A stretch of DNA of 64,000 nt from Candidatus Woesebacteria bacterium (GCA_018060845.1 JAGOVG010000002.1:96213-160212); one strand, 5' to 3'; positions 18,667 through 28,889 are shown, counted from the stretch's first letter. Numbers and translations are program-made. The notes: generated from the sequence alone by a model not told the origin.

Positions 18667-19488
18667 ATGAGTAACAAACCTAGTCAGCATTTAGCCGAGT
18701 TCGACATTAACCTAATCCAGCCCAATCCGCTCCAGCCCCGCGGCACCATTAGACCAGAAACAGTCGCTGATCTAGTTGAATCGATCAAAGAGCACGGTAT
18801 CCTAGAGCCACTTGTCTTAGCTCATACTCCTGCCGGCTACCAGATCATTGCTGGAGAGCGTCGGTGGCGAGCTAGTAAGATAGTGGGCCTCACCATGGTC
18901 CCAGTAGTCATCAAAGAGACGACCCCTCAGGGTATGCTCGAGATGGCAATCGTCGAGAATGTGCAGCGCTCCGACCTCAATCCGATCGAGCGCGGCAAAG
19001 CCTTTATGCGACTGATGGACGAGTTTGGTCTAGCTAACGCAGATATTGCCAAGAGGGTAGCCAAGTCTCCTGCCTATGTCAGTAACACCCTCAAGCTACT
19101 AGATCTACCAGACGCACTCAAAGACGGTCTTATTGGCGGCCTGATCTCCGAAGGGCATGCAAGAGCGCTTAGTAGTATCGATGACACCAGACTCATGATC
19201 GAAGCTTACAAGCTAGTGCTCAAAGAAGGGGCGAGTGTCAGGAGAGCTGAGGAGATCGCGAGGCGCCTCAAGAAAGATTTTAGCGACAAAACAGGTAACA
19301 CCAAAAAAACGATTATCATCTCAGACGAAATCTCTAGGCTCCAGGCCAAGCTCCAGGATGCCTTTGGTGATAAATCACTGGTCAAGCTAACTCGTAGCAA
19401 GCGCGAGACCAAGGTCCTAATCCGCCTCAAAGGTACACCAAAAGAAACCGAGCTCCACCTGCAACGCATTCTTTCACTAGCAAAATAA
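18667..19488 (+). CDS. parB: ParB/Spo0J-family protein, with no adjacent ParA
   Basis: 273 aa. The ParB N-domain motif GERRWRAS is present and an HTH region follows. No Walker-type ParA gene lies on either side. Confidence 0.8.
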   Translation: MSNKPSQHLAEFDINLIQPNPLQPRGTIRPETVADLVESIKEHGILEPLVLAHTPAGYQIIAGERRWRASKIVGLTMVPVVIKETTPQGMLEMAIVENVQRSDLNPIERGKAFMRLMDEFGLANADIAKRVAKSPAYVSNTLKLLDLPDALKDGLIGGLISEGHARALSSIDDTRLMIEAYKLVLKEGASVRRAEEIARRLKKDFSDKTGNTKKTIIISDEISRLQAKLQDAFGDKSLVKLTRSKRETKVLIRLKGTPKETELHLQRILSLAK

Positions 19489-19709
19489 GAAAGGTGATCC
19501 ATATGAGCTTCCTTGAGACAATTAGAAAAGGTAACCCTATACCAGGATGGTTTCTGGGTGACGGGCGTATATACGAATGGTCACAACCTGTTCAAGCAAT
19601 ACTTAACTTCATTAATGTCTTAATTAACGGATCAGACGGTTCGGAAAACAAAAACTAACGAATCTATTGTTGCCAACACTATCTCACACAGAGAATGTGT
19701 AATTCATTT

Positions 19710-19898
19710 TCATGCTGGATTTTCACTCGAAAGTGAAGATGCAAATACAGTTATCTCATCATCGATATATTCGACACAACCTCCACGATTGCTATCATCA
19801 ATCTCGATGCCATAGCAGTACTTACCAAATAAATACGCAAGATTTACAAATTGCGTAAGTAGTTTTTCACCTATAGACATATCTGTTTCTATTCTCAT
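19710..19898 (-). CDS. hypothetical small protein (62 aa)
   Basis: The only support is the ORF itself. It lies between parB and tRNA-Val. Confidence 0.2.
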   Translation of the reverse strand: MRIETDMSIGEKLLTQFVNLAYLFGKYCYGIEIDDSNRGGCVEYIDDEITVFASSLSSENPA

Positions 19899-19949
19899 GA
19901 AGAAATCATATCAGGCGAGTCAAGTACGCTACTGCAAACATGTGCTTAG

Positions 19950-20023
19950 TGCTCCCTTCTGGACTCGAACCAGAGGCCTCTTCAATGTGAATGAAGCGCT
20001 CTAACCAACTGAGCTAAGGGAGC
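19950..20023 (-). tRNA. tRNA-Val (anticodon CAC)
   Basis: Reverse complement GCTCCCTTAGCTCAGTTGGTTAGAGCGCTTCATTCACATTGAAGAGGCCTCTGGTTCGAGTCCAGAAGGGAGCA. It folds into a cloverleaf with a 7-bp acceptor stem, anticodon loop TTCACAT and T-loop TTCGAGT. CCA is not encoded. Confidence 0.85.
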
Positions 20024-20067
20024 TCTAGACTTGCACTATTTTACCATGCGCAGTATTCTTACCTCAT

Positions 20068-20670
20068 ATGTTCTTTTTACGTAATCTCTGGCTATTTTTC
20101 CTAGACTTCTTAGAGACCATCGTCGTCTCTCTCGCCATCTTTGCCGTCGTCTACATCTTCCTATTCCAGCCACATCAGGTAGATGGTAAGAGTATGGAGC
20201 CAAACTTTCACAACGCCGAGTATATCCTGACCGACAAAATCAGTTATCGCATTAGTAGTCCAAAGAGGGGAGACGTAGTAGTCTTCCACTCTCCCCAAGA
20301 TGCAGGGACAGACTTTATCAAGCGCATCGTGGGTGTTCCTGGCGACATGGTCATGGTCAAAGATGGTTATTACTATCTCAATGGCACTAGGCTAGACGAA
20401 GAGTATATTAACGACCCAGGCAAAGTCGCTCCAGGTCGCTTTTTGCGCGACGGCGCAACCGCCGAGGTGCCAAATGGTCAGTACCTAGTCATGGGTGACA
20501 ATCGCCTCCACAGCTCCGACTCCCGTGAATGGGGCTTTGTCCCACGTACTAATATCGTAGGGCGCGCATTCTTCCGCTACTGGCCCGTCGACGTCTTTGG
20601 CACCATCCCCACAGCCGAAGCCGAGCTAACCATGGGTAACGTCAAAGGCGCGATCGATGCCGCCAAGTAG
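20068..20670 (+). CDS. lepB: signal peptidase I
   Basis: N-terminal TM helix. Box B GKSMEPN (Ser), box D KRIVGVPGD (Lys) and box E YLVMGDNRLHSSDSR are conserved S26 motifs. Confidence 0.85.
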   Translation: MFFLRNLWLFFLDFLETIVVSLAIFAVVYIFLFQPHQVDGKSMEPNFHNAEYILTDKISYRISSPKRGDVVVFHSPQDAGTDFIKRIVGVPGDMVMVKDGYYYLNGTRLDEEYINDPGKVAPGRFLRDGATAEVPNGQYLVMGDNRLHSSDSREWGFVPRTNIVGRAFFRYWPVDVFGTIPTAEAELTMGNVKGAIDAAK

Positions 20671-20673
20671 CCT

Positions 20674-21861
20674 ATGAGCTACTCTGTCAAACGCTCAGCA
20701 GTCCTCAACCTCACTAGTTACATCTACCTCTTTATCGCGAGTCTCGCGACCACCCCTACTCTGATCCGCTATTTAGGTCTCACCAACTTTGGCACATACG
20801 TACTATCACTTGGAGTCCTAGCCCTAGTTACTTCGGTCGACCTCGGACTCTCTCGCTCCGTCGTGTACCAGCTCGCACGGTCAAACAAAACCGTTCTAAC
20901 CAAGCAGATACTATCCACATCACTCCTCTTGCATACTACTCTCGGAACTCTTTTTTCACTAGCTACTTTAATCTGGTTTTCACCATATCTCAGCTTCTTA
21001 ATCTTCTATACCTTTATCCTAGGACACTATCAGGCGTATCACGAGTCGCAGGGGAACTTTGGGATGGTCAACCTGCGAGCGTTTGTAATAGGCACTACCA
21101 ATACGTTAGTTGCCGCCTTTCTCGCCTATCTTGGCTACGGTGTTTTTGGTATTCTGATCAGCTTGTCAGCCTCAACACTCTTTACCATCCTGGTTATGGC
21201 GATGTACACGCCCGCAAGTATTACTAAACACTTATCAATGCCTGTCGCCAAAAAAATAATAAAATACGGTCTAAAACTACAAGTCGGCAAACTAGTTAAC
21301 TCACTCCAGGCGCAGTACCCCAAACTAATATTTGCCAGTAACGCTGTCGCACTGACCGTCCTCTCTCTCAGCTCTAGCTTGATAGCCAAAGCCGCGGGAG
21401 CAGTCTCACAACTCGCGATCGCCATATTCCCATACAGTATTAATAGTCAGGATAAGTCCAAACTCAGGCGCTACTATACCTACTCACAGCTATCCCTCCT
21501 TGCATTAGGTATTATTGCTATATACCTCTATTCATACTTTGGATACAGTATTCTTTACTGGTGGCTAGGAGACATGGAGCTCGCTAGTAACCTCCATACA
21601 TTTCTTCTCACCTATCGCTACTACGGACTCCTGCTAGTTTTAACACCCCTTGCTAGTACTATGTTAGATAGTCACAATATGGCTGGCAGATCCTCGCTCT
21701 ACGCACTCCTCGCGCTCGTTATCGAGCTGGCAGTCGTCTCATTAACATACTCTGGGTACGGTGTAATGAGCATCGCCTATGGCAGTGTTACCAGTCTCTT
21801 GGTTATGGTACCAGTCCTCTTAATCACTACTCAAAAAAGTGTATCTCTTGACGATAATTAG
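20674..21861 (+). CDS. polysaccharide flippase-like membrane protein (Wzx/MOP family)
   Basis: 395 aa with about 12 TM segments and no soluble domain. It heads a glycosyltransferase cluster. Confidence 0.5.
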   Translation: MSYSVKRSAVLNLTSYIYLFIASLATTPTLIRYLGLTNFGTYVLSLGVLALVTSVDLGLSRSVVYQLARSNKTVLTKQILSTSLLLHTTLGTLFSLATLIWFSPYLSFLIFYTFILGHYQAYHESQGNFGMVNLRAFVIGTTNTLVAAFLAYLGYGVFGILISLSASTLFTILVMAMYTPASITKHLSMPVAKKIIKYGLKLQVGKLVNSLQAQYPKLIFASNAVALTVLSLSSSLIAKAAGAVSQLAIAIFPYSINSQDKSKLRRYYTYSQLSLLALGIIAIYLYSYFGYSILYWWLGDMELASNLHTFLLTYRYYGLLLVLTPLASTMLDSHNMAGRSSLYALLALVIELAVVSLTYSGYGVMSIAYGSVTSLLVMVPVLLITTQKSVSLDDN

Positions 21862-22498
21862 CTTCGTTTAGTGCGCGCTTAATTATCTTTATCGCGTCAA
21901 ATAATCTGTGTCTATATGGTTTGTGGCCTCCAATACTATGTTCCTGCTTCTTTAACTGCTTCTTTAGAGTCGCTTTGCTCCATAGCTTATTATTCCAGGC
22001 GATCGCTATAACGTGTTTGGGGTTTAACTTTACTTCGTTATCAAACGGCACAGATATTCCGAGTACTACTTTTTGCCATTTTTCTGGCACCAGAGTGGCT
22101 AGCCCATATGGTGTATAGCGGAAGTAATCAGATGGGTGCATATGGATGGGGAAGTTTTGTTGTGAAGACAGGATAACTGCCCCATTTTTCTTGACCACTC
22201 GCTTAATCTCTTCTGACATTTTCCATGGGTTATTTGCATGCTCCAGCGTCTCAAGGCATATTACTAGGTCAAAACTACGGTTAGGGAAGGGGAGGTTGTT
22301 AGCATCAGCTACCACATCTACTCCCACACCGTCCTGCATATCGAGCCCGATATATTTACTCTTTGGTAGTAGCGGTCGCAGGTCACAGATCTCGTCTTGA
22401 TGATCTGCCACGCGTGAGCCGATCTCCAGTACCTTTAGTGGTTGGGCGCTCATGTTAGAGAGTATTACATCGAGCGCAGCTCGCAGTTCTTTGGTCAT
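21827..22498 (-). CDS. class I SAM-dependent methyltransferase
   Basis: VLEIGSR (motif I), DLVICLETLEH and KKNGAVILS are characteristic of Methyltransf_11-type enzymes. Confidence 0.6.
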   Translation of the reverse strand: MTKELRAALDVILSNMSAQPLKVLEIGSRVADHQDEICDLRPLLPKSKYIGLDMQDGVGVDVVADANNLPFPNRSFDLVICLETLEHANNPWKMSEEIKRVVKKNGAVILSSQQNFPIHMHPSDYFRYTPYGLATLVPEKWQKVVLGISVPFDNEVKLNPKHVIAIAWNNKLWSKATLKKQLKKQEHSIGGHKPYRHRLFDAIKIIKRALNEANYRQEIHFFE

Positions 22499-22516
22499 GT
22501 GCCTATAATACCACTC

Positions 22517-23347
22517 ATGGCGACCAAAGTATTTGCTCTCATCCTCAACTACAATAATCCGCTAGACTCAGTAGAGGCTGCACGGTCTCTCCTATCGAGT
22601 GACATCCCCAGTAACACTCAGCTCGTCATTATCGACAATTCAGAGACGGATAATAAAAAGTACTTTAGTACTCAGTTAAAAGATATTGTATATACCAGTT
22701 CAATTGGAAACGTTGGTTTTGCCGCCGGCAATAACCTTGGTATCAATTATGCGTTGGAGCATGGTGCTACTCACGTCCTACTGCTCAACCCCGATGTGCG
22801 CGTCCCCAAAGTATTTCTTAAACCACTATTAAACTCACTCAAAGTTCACAAAAAAGCAGGCATAGTCGCACCAGCTCATAAAGAGCCAGGATCTTTAACT
22901 TATGGCCTAGGTGGCAGTATTAACTGGGCTAACTGCACATTCCCACTAACTAACACTGACAAGCTACCAAAGAACGAATCTGAGTACGATCACCTGACCT
23001 TTGCCTGTGTCCTAATGAGAGTTGATGTCTTTAGCAAGATTGGTCTCTTAGACGAGCGCTACTTTATGTACCTCGAAGATGTCGACTACTGCGTACGAGC
23101 AAAAAGAGCTGGGTATGAGCTCTGGCTCAATTCGACAGTTTGTGTCACACATAATACCTCGTCATCATTTGCAGATAAAAGAGGCAAGATCAAGCTAAGC
23201 TTAGTCAGCTGTCTCAAATTTATTCACAAGTGGTACCACTTCCCCGCGAGTATTATTCCCTCCCTCCGCGCTCTATATTTTTACCCCAAGACCTATATAT
23301 TGTGGACACTTAAATTGTGGAAGAACATTTATTACCAGCGCCAATAA
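22517..23347 (+). CDS. family-2 glycosyltransferase
   Basis: N-terminal FALILNYNN and the motif FMYLEDVDYCVRA are typical of GT2 rhamnosyl/glucosyl-transferases. The start is taken at an internal Met to avoid overlap with the convergent gene. Confidence 0.7.
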   Translation: MATKVFALILNYNNPLDSVEAARSLLSSDIPSNTQLVIIDNSETDNKKYFSTQLKDIVYTSSIGNVGFAAGNNLGINYALEHGATHVLLLNPDVRVPKVFLKPLLNSLKVHKKAGIVAPAHKEPGSLTYGLGGSINWANCTFPLTNTDKLPKNESEYDHLTFACVLMRVDVFSKIGLLDERYFMYLEDVDYCVRAKRAGYELWLNSTVCVTHNTSSSFADKRGKIKLSLVSCLKFIHKWYHFPASIIPSLRALYFYPKTYILWTLKLWKNIYYQRQ

Positions 23348-25413
23348 TGTGAGTGGATATTTATTTTCTCTAGTTTAGAGGGACTACTTAGATTACCTGC
23401 TCGGTCTACCGCAGTCACTCTCACATATATCTGCTTAACTCTTGGTGTCGGTAGCCACTGCCAGCTGCTTCTTGATTCGATGCGGTTAGTTATTGCGTTC
23501 TTTTCTGCTCCCCACTCAACAATGTAATTTATGGCATCACGACTCGGTGCCCAGCTGACAAGGCTCATTGGTCGCATACCAATACCCCAAATATGTTTGA
23601 CACTACTCGGAGGTGTCATATCAATATTGGCAGGATTACTCTTAAGAGTGTAGCTCTTGCAGTTTTTCAAGCTGTCGCACACATTTGCAGTGATAGTACA
23701 TGTCTGATTCTTCCCCTCACGACTGATCACACAGGTTGGTGGCACAAACGCCGTAGGGAGATTTGGATCGCTAAACATAAATTTGGCAGTCTGCGCGGTT
23801 TTATACCAACCACTAAAGGTGTTGGTGCTGACGTATTCTGGCGGGGTAGTGTCTAGTGGGGTAATGGATGGATCACTACCAGTACTCACGTAGTTTATAT
23901 TCCAGCTACTCTCACCAGTCGGAGCTGACTGATCAAGAATATCAACTTCACCAAGAGTGTTGTATGCATACACTTTAAACTGCGAACCAGTTGTTCCAGG
24001 AATATTAACGTTTAGTCGATAGCTTCCATCAGCTGGCTTTGGTAGCATCACCACCTTGGCGCTAGTTGTTGCACTACCACCGATATCATCATGTATGCTC
24101 TCAGTATATGAGCTACCTACGCTCGTGCCTGAATGTAGTAGCTCTAGCTCAGTATTCGACTCGCCCACGATCATCAGGTAGGATAAGTCTGTATCACTAG
24201 GGGTATAAGTATTTATACTAACTAATGGATCAGATTTTGCTTTAGATTGACGTGTCTCATCTAATGGGTCGTTGACAATGTAGTTTGTCTCGTCATGGTC
24301 GTAAAGGGTTACAAAGTGTCCACCCTCATTAACTATTGGGTACTGCCCACTATCAATCTCATCGGCTGCGCTGCCATAGCTCTTAACAAACTCTAGATCG
24401 GTGGGTGAGTTCCCCGCCACTCTAGACTCTCGAGCTAGGCGACTGATTGCCAGCCAGTTTAGTAGACCATTTCCAATATATCCATCTGGTTGCGTAGATA
24501 ACCAGGTATTTAGCTTGTCTGGGTTAGCTACATCTCCATTTGGCATCTTAATGTCGTATTCTTTTAGTACCATCGCAACAGATGTGATCGCGCATCCCCA
24601 ACGCTCGATACTATTCAATTCTGTCCCTGCCCACACACTCACACTATCATATGGCAAGTCTCTCCATGCAGGGTCCCGCTGAGAGTAGTAGGGAAAAGAT
24701 GAAGCCACATTGTCTAGCGGGTCTCCGTATGAAATTGTAAAATTATCAATGGAAAAACTTTTCCATACTTGAGGATTAGTAGCTAAAACAGAGTTTCCGA
24801 AGAATACTCCATTAGGTAAATTTGTCCCATCATGATGAAATTCTCTTTCCAAATCATTCATTTTGAGAATTACAGTATCTTGATTGAATATCAATGATAT
24901 TGTGTTCCATGTATTTCGAGGTACCTCATAAATAGCTCTTGAATAAACACTAAGACCACAACCACCGTAATAATCGCAAAGTGGAGAGAGTAAGTAATAC
25001 TTGTCACCTATATTCCAAATACCAAACGTATAATAATCAAAGTCGTTAGGAGGTCTCTGGCTATATTCGGGCACCTTATCTGTAAGCATAAACCCTGCCC
25101 CTTGAGTCGGTGCGCCCGATCCACCGTAAAAATCAAAGCTTAAGTTAACCACTTTCTTATCAGACGACTTATGTCCTATGTAAGAGAATGAGGTAGGCGT
25201 ACTGTTATTTAATGTGGAAATTGTTCTTCCTGAGATTGTTTCAATTAGAGGTATCGGGTGACCATCGATTGTGATCCAATCTGAAAAATCGCTAGATATG
25301 TTATCGAACTTATCAGAAAATGTATAATCTACTCTAGCACTAACTGAACCAGCATTGAACAATGTTAAAAGTAATGCAATTAAAGTAACAAAGTACTTCA
25401 AAATATAAGGCAT
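23332..25413 (-). CDS. large secreted multidomain protein with C39-like (Peptidase_C39_2-type) cysteine peptidase domain and C-terminal Fn3-like domain
   Basis: 693 aa. The signal peptide is MPYILKYFVTLIALLLTLFNAGSVSA. A candidate Cys/His/Asp triad is seen in WGCAITSVAMVL ... EGGHFVTLYDHDETNYIVNDP. The C-terminal roughly 100 aa are beta-rich and Fn3-like. Confidence 0.6.
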   Translation of the reverse strand: MPYILKYFVTLIALLLTLFNAGSVSARVDYTFSDKFDNISSDFSDWITIDGHPIPLIETISGRTISTLNNSTPTSFSYIGHKSSDKKVVNLSFDFYGGSGAPTQGAGFMLTDKVPEYSQRPPNDFDYYTFGIWNIGDKYYLLSPLCDYYGGCGLSVYSRAIYEVPRNTWNTISLIFNQDTVILKMNDLEREFHHDGTNLPNGVFFGNSVLATNPQVWKSFSIDNFTISYGDPLDNVASSFPYYSQRDPAWRDLPYDSVSVWAGTELNSIERWGCAITSVAMVLKEYDIKMPNGDVANPDKLNTWLSTQPDGYIGNGLLNWLAISRLARESRVAGNSPTDLEFVKSYGSAADEIDSGQYPIVNEGGHFVTLYDHDETNYIVNDPLDETRQSKAKSDPLVSINTYTPSDTDLSYLMIVGESNTELELLHSGTSVGSSYTESIHDDIGGSATTSAKVVMLPKPADGSYRLNVNIPGTTGSQFKVYAYNTLGEVDILDQSAPTGESSWNINYVSTGSDPSITPLDTTPPEYVSTNTFSGWYKTAQTAKFMFSDPNLPTAFVPPTCVISREGKNQTCTITANVCDSLKNCKSYTLKSNPANIDMTPPSSVKHIWGIGMRPMSLVSWAPSRDAINYIVEWGAEKNAITNRIESRSSWQWLPTPRVKQIYVRVTAVDRAGNLSSPSKLEKINIHSHYWRW

Positions 25414-25442
25414 TAATTAAGAAATACACAAAATTCATTGAT

Positions 25443-26291
25443 ATGTCAATATCTATTATCATAGTGACTTATAATTCTTCAGACCACATAGGCAAGTTAC
25501 TCGATTCAGTTTTAAAACAGGATTACGACTTGGAGAATCTCAATATAATTATTGTGGACAATAATTCTAGTGACAAAAATAAACTCAAAGAACTTATAAA
25601 AATATATAGAAAACTAATTAAGATTAATATAATTTATAAAAACAATAATAAAGGTTTCGGAAGTAGTTGTAATCTAGGTGCACGATACGCTTCAGAAACT
25701 ATATTGTTCCTGAATCCTGACACCTTGTTGCATCATAGTGCTATTACACTTATGTATAAGCATATGATCAGCTATGGTGCAAATATCATTGGCGGTAAAT
25801 CAATGAAACCAGGATCCTCAGAATTACATAGAACCGTGTTTAGAAAACCTAGATTACGAACTATGATTTTAGAATTCTGCAATATAGGTAAGTTGACTGG
25901 AATACCAAGCAATTTCTACGTTCAACAAGAAGTGATAAGAAATGACCAGTATGTTGATGGAGTTGGAGCGGGTTTTATGATGATAGATCGAAATACGTTT
26001 CGTACGCTAAATGGATTTGATGAAAATTATTTCATGTATTTAGAAGATGTAGATCTATGCATGAGAGCTACTGCAATAGGTTCAAAGATAATGTATTGCC
26101 CGCACAGTGTAATTAATCATGTTGGTGGGGCTAGTAGTAATAGCAAATATAAAATATCACATGCCGCATGGTACAGTTCTCGTGAATATTATGCGTCTAA
26201 ACAATTTAATACTTTCGTATATGTTTTGCTAATTGTAATTTATAGGTTCGAAAGATTAATTCTGTCAGCTAGAGAAGCTTTTATATCATGA
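25443..26291 (+). CDS. family-2 glycosyltransferase (AT-rich gene)
   Basis: SIIIVTYNS and FMYLEDVDLCMRA are GT2 signatures. It is markedly more AT-rich than its neighbours. Confidence 0.7.
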   Translation: MSISIIIVTYNSSDHIGKLLDSVLKQDYDLENLNIIIVDNNSSDKNKLKELIKIYRKLIKINIIYKNNNKGFGSSCNLGARYASETILFLNPDTLLHHSAITLMYKHMISYGANIIGGKSMKPGSSELHRTVFRKPRLRTMILEFCNIGKLTGIPSNFYVQQEVIRNDQYVDGVGAGFMMIDRNTFRTLNGFDENYFMYLEDVDLCMRATAIGSKIMYCPHSVINHVGGASSNSKYKISHAAWYSSREYYASKQFNTFVYVLLIVIYRFERLILSAREAFIS

Positions 26292-27298
26292 CCACATACA
26301 TCATTCGTGCCTCCCATGCCAATCAGTACGAGCTACAAAACTACGAGCCGATAGCAGAGGAGCACGCCATAAAGCTGATCACTTCACGCCACCCACTCAC
26401 TACCACCAGTCTCCCCACCATTCAACTATGGTCCCCAACAGATCTACCCACCTTCCCATTTCGCAAGCAGATTCTTAATAGATTGATCGGTGGTGAGCAG
26501 TGGCTACTAGGTCTAGAGAATCTGGTCAGTCAAGGTGACATCCTCCACACTGCCGAGACCTACACTCCCTACACCCACCAGGCTGTTCAGCTGCGGAGAG
26601 CCAATAAGATCAAAAAGCTAGTATGTACCTGCTGGGAGACAATCCCACACAACAATGAAAAATTCTCTAGATTAAGGCAATGGAAAAAAGAAGCATATCA
26701 ATATGTAGACATCTTTCATACTCCAACAGAACGAGCTAAAGTGGCGCTGATAAAAGAGGGTGTTAATCCCAAAAAAATCAAAGTGATCAACTATGGTGTT
26801 AACTTAAATCACTTTAAGCCACCAACTAAGCGAGCTACTACATCTAATCCCATCGTTCTAACCGTCGCGCGGCGAGTTCCTGAAAAAGGCATAGATATCT
26901 GGAATCAGCTCGGACAGGAATTTGGGGGCAGTATAGACTTTAAGTGGATAGATTCTCTCCCATATAAAGAAGTAATTAAAGAATACCAAAAGGCTGACAT
27001 TTTTCTGCTGCCGAGCATGGCTACTGCCACATGGGAAGAGCAGTATGGTATGGCTCTAGTAGAAGCGATGGCATGTGGATTGCCCATAATCACAACCAAC
27101 ACAGGTGCGATCACCGAAGTAGTAGATAATGCAGCTGTTCTATGCGACCCAGAATATTACTCAATTCGATCAAAACTCGTGGAACTCATCAATTCTCCTG
27201 CCCTGATAATAAAGTACCAGAAATTATCGATAGCGAGAGCAAGATCTAACTACGATCGCAATAAGCAGAGCGTAAAATTATCATCACTATATAATTAA
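26288..27298 (+). CDS. GT-B fold glycosyltransferase (GT4-like)
   Basis: An EX7E-type motif is present (EEQYGMALVEAMACGLPIITT). The ATGA start/stop overlap with the upstream GT2 indicates an operon. Confidence 0.7.
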   Translation: MTTYIIRASHANQYELQNYEPIAEEHAIKLITSRHPLTTTSLPTIQLWSPTDLPTFPFRKQILNRLIGGEQWLLGLENLVSQGDILHTAETYTPYTHQAVQLRRANKIKKLVCTCWETIPHNNEKFSRLRQWKKEAYQYVDIFHTPTERAKVALIKEGVNPKKIKVINYGVNLNHFKPPTKRATTSNPIVLTVARRVPEKGIDIWNQLGQEFGGSIDFKWIDSLPYKEVIKEYQKADIFLLPSMATATWEEQYGMALVEAMACGLPIITTNTGAITEVVDNAAVLCDPEYYSIRSKLVELINSPALIIKYQKLSIARARSNYDRNKQSVKLSSLYN

Positions 27299-27333
27299 TC
27301 ACATTCAAGATTTCAATACCGGAAAATTATAAT

Positions 27334-27771
27334 CTAGACAAGTTTTTTACAGTAATAACTAAGAGCATTACCTTCTGGAAAACCCTCGAGCTTGCCATAG
27401 AGCGTGTAACCTAACTTCTCATAGAACCCGGGTGCCTGCCACGTAAAGGTGTCTGTATAGGCGATCGTGCATCCACGCCTAATATCCTCCGCCTCGACCA
27501 TCGCCATTAGTTTCTTTCCTAAACCGTGGCAACGAACAGATTCATCCACCCACAGTGTCTGGATTGACATGCCATTCCACATAAACGAGACTATGACACA
27601 ACCAAGTAGCTTAGCACTTTCATCTTTTACTAATACGGTATAAGACTCAGACTTTCGTGGATGTCCCTTGCTCGCATGGTACGCTAACATGCCATCTACC
27701 ATCACCTGCTTATCTTCTGGGTTTGGCTCACCTTCTATGGGTATAAATTTTAGATCGGTCATTAGCATAGT
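27334..27771 (-). CDS. GNAT-family N-acetyltransferase
   Basis: The acetyl-CoA binding motif is seen in QTLWVDESVRCHGLGKKLMAMVE. The start is taken at an internal Met (MLMTDLK). The ORF track extends to 27891. Confidence 0.6.
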   Translation of the reverse strand, partial: TMLMTDLKFIPIEGEPNPEDKQVMVDGMLAYHASKGHPRKSESYTVLVKDESAKLLGCVIVSFMWNGMSIQTLWVDESVRCHGLGKKLMAMVEAEDIRRGCTIAYTDTFTWQAPGFYEKLGYTLYGKLEGFPEGNALSYYCKKLV

Positions 27772-27844
27772 ATAGCAAGTCGAATATGTTGCTAAGAAAA
27801 TTAGATATTCATTTGTAGCTGTGCTACAGTTAATATACTGCCCT

Positions 27845-28315
27845 ATGAAAAAATCTACCAAAACTAAGCGTGTCTCAAAATCAAAGACCACCTCTCATAC
27901 AGGCATGGCACTACTGTTCTGTTTCTTGCTCGCTAGTGTTGCCGTCGCGATCGCCCTCCGTCAGATTGCCCTAGAGCACAGGCTACGCCGCGAGGTCACC
28001 CAGAATCCAGCTGCCTCAAATATGCTCGGTAGCTATAGCGTCACAGTAACAGCAGGACGGCTCACCAACAAGACCATTAAGATCGAGCTAAATAAAGATC
28101 GAACAGCCACGCTCACATATAACTCTCAGACAGAAGACAGTCAGGTAATCGAATACGGCAACTGGAGCGGGGACAGTAACGGTACGATCATAACCAACTT
28201 TAAAGACAAAGTTTATGCATTTAGCTACTCACCCGATGGTAAGGGTACACTCAGACTCCTCAACCCAGATCTCGATCTATGGGGTGCCGCAACTCTCACA
28301 CTGACTAAAGAATAG
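27845..28315 (+). CDS. membrane-anchored hypothetical protein (Lys-rich N-terminus, 1 TM, extracytoplasmic beta-rich domain)
   Basis: KKSTKTKRVSKSK is followed by the TM helix MALLFCFLLASVAVAIAL. I found no known domain. Confidence 0.4.
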   Translation: MKKSTKTKRVSKSKTTSHTGMALLFCFLLASVAVAIALRQIALEHRLRREVTQNPAASNMLGSYSVTVTAGRLTNKTIKIELNKDRTATLTYNSQTEDSQVIEYGNWSGDSNGTIITNFKDKVYAFSYSPDGKGTLRLLNPDLDLWGAATLTLTKE

Positions 28316-28322
28316 TTAACAA

Positions 28323-28868
28323 CTAATCAAAGACTACTTGCCCTATATACGGCATCGATCGATACATCTCATCATAATCTAGGTCATATCCAACGACAAA
28401 AGTATTTGGTATCTCCCATCCCACGTATTTGAGTGGTACCGGGGTCTCGCGCCGGCTCGGTTTAGATAGTAGGGTGAGGGTCTCTAGGCTCAGCGGCTCT
28501 CTAGTTTTTAGTACTTTAATTGCCGAATCTAGCGATCTACCCGTATCAACTATATCCTCAACGATCAAGACGTGACGTCCCTTAATCGGATTCTTTAGCT
28601 CTTTGGTAAAGTTGACAGCTCCCGTACTATCCACGCCGCTCTCGTAGCTACTAATCCCAATATAATCTTTGTAGACTGTAGTAGTAAGGCCTGCTTTCCA
28701 CAGTGCACGTGCAAAATCAGTAAGCAGTGCTGCCCCACCGTGCAGGATCCCTACTAGCACTAGTTCTTTGTCCTGGTAGTCACGGGCAACCACGTTTGCC
28801 ATCTCTTGGATCTTAGTCTGGATCTCTTGTTCACTAAAAAGTACATCTACATGATGTGGTTTGGCCAT
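28323..28868 (-). CDS. hpt: hypoxanthine-guanine phosphoribosyltransferase
   Basis: The PRPP-binding motif VLIVEDIVDTGRSL is present. The N-terminal VLVGILHGGAALLTD is typical of 6-oxopurine PRTases. Confidence 0.8.
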   Translation of the reverse strand: MAKPHHVDVLFSEQEIQTKIQEMANVVARDYQDKELVLVGILHGGAALLTDFARALWKAGLTTTVYKDYIGISSYESGVDSTGAVNFTKELKNPIKGRHVLIVEDIVDTGRSLDSAIKVLKTREPLSLETLTLLSKPSRRETPVPLKYVGWEIPNTFVVGYDLDYDEMYRSMPYIGQVVFD

Positions 28869-28889
28869 AGTTTAGTATACAATACAAAC

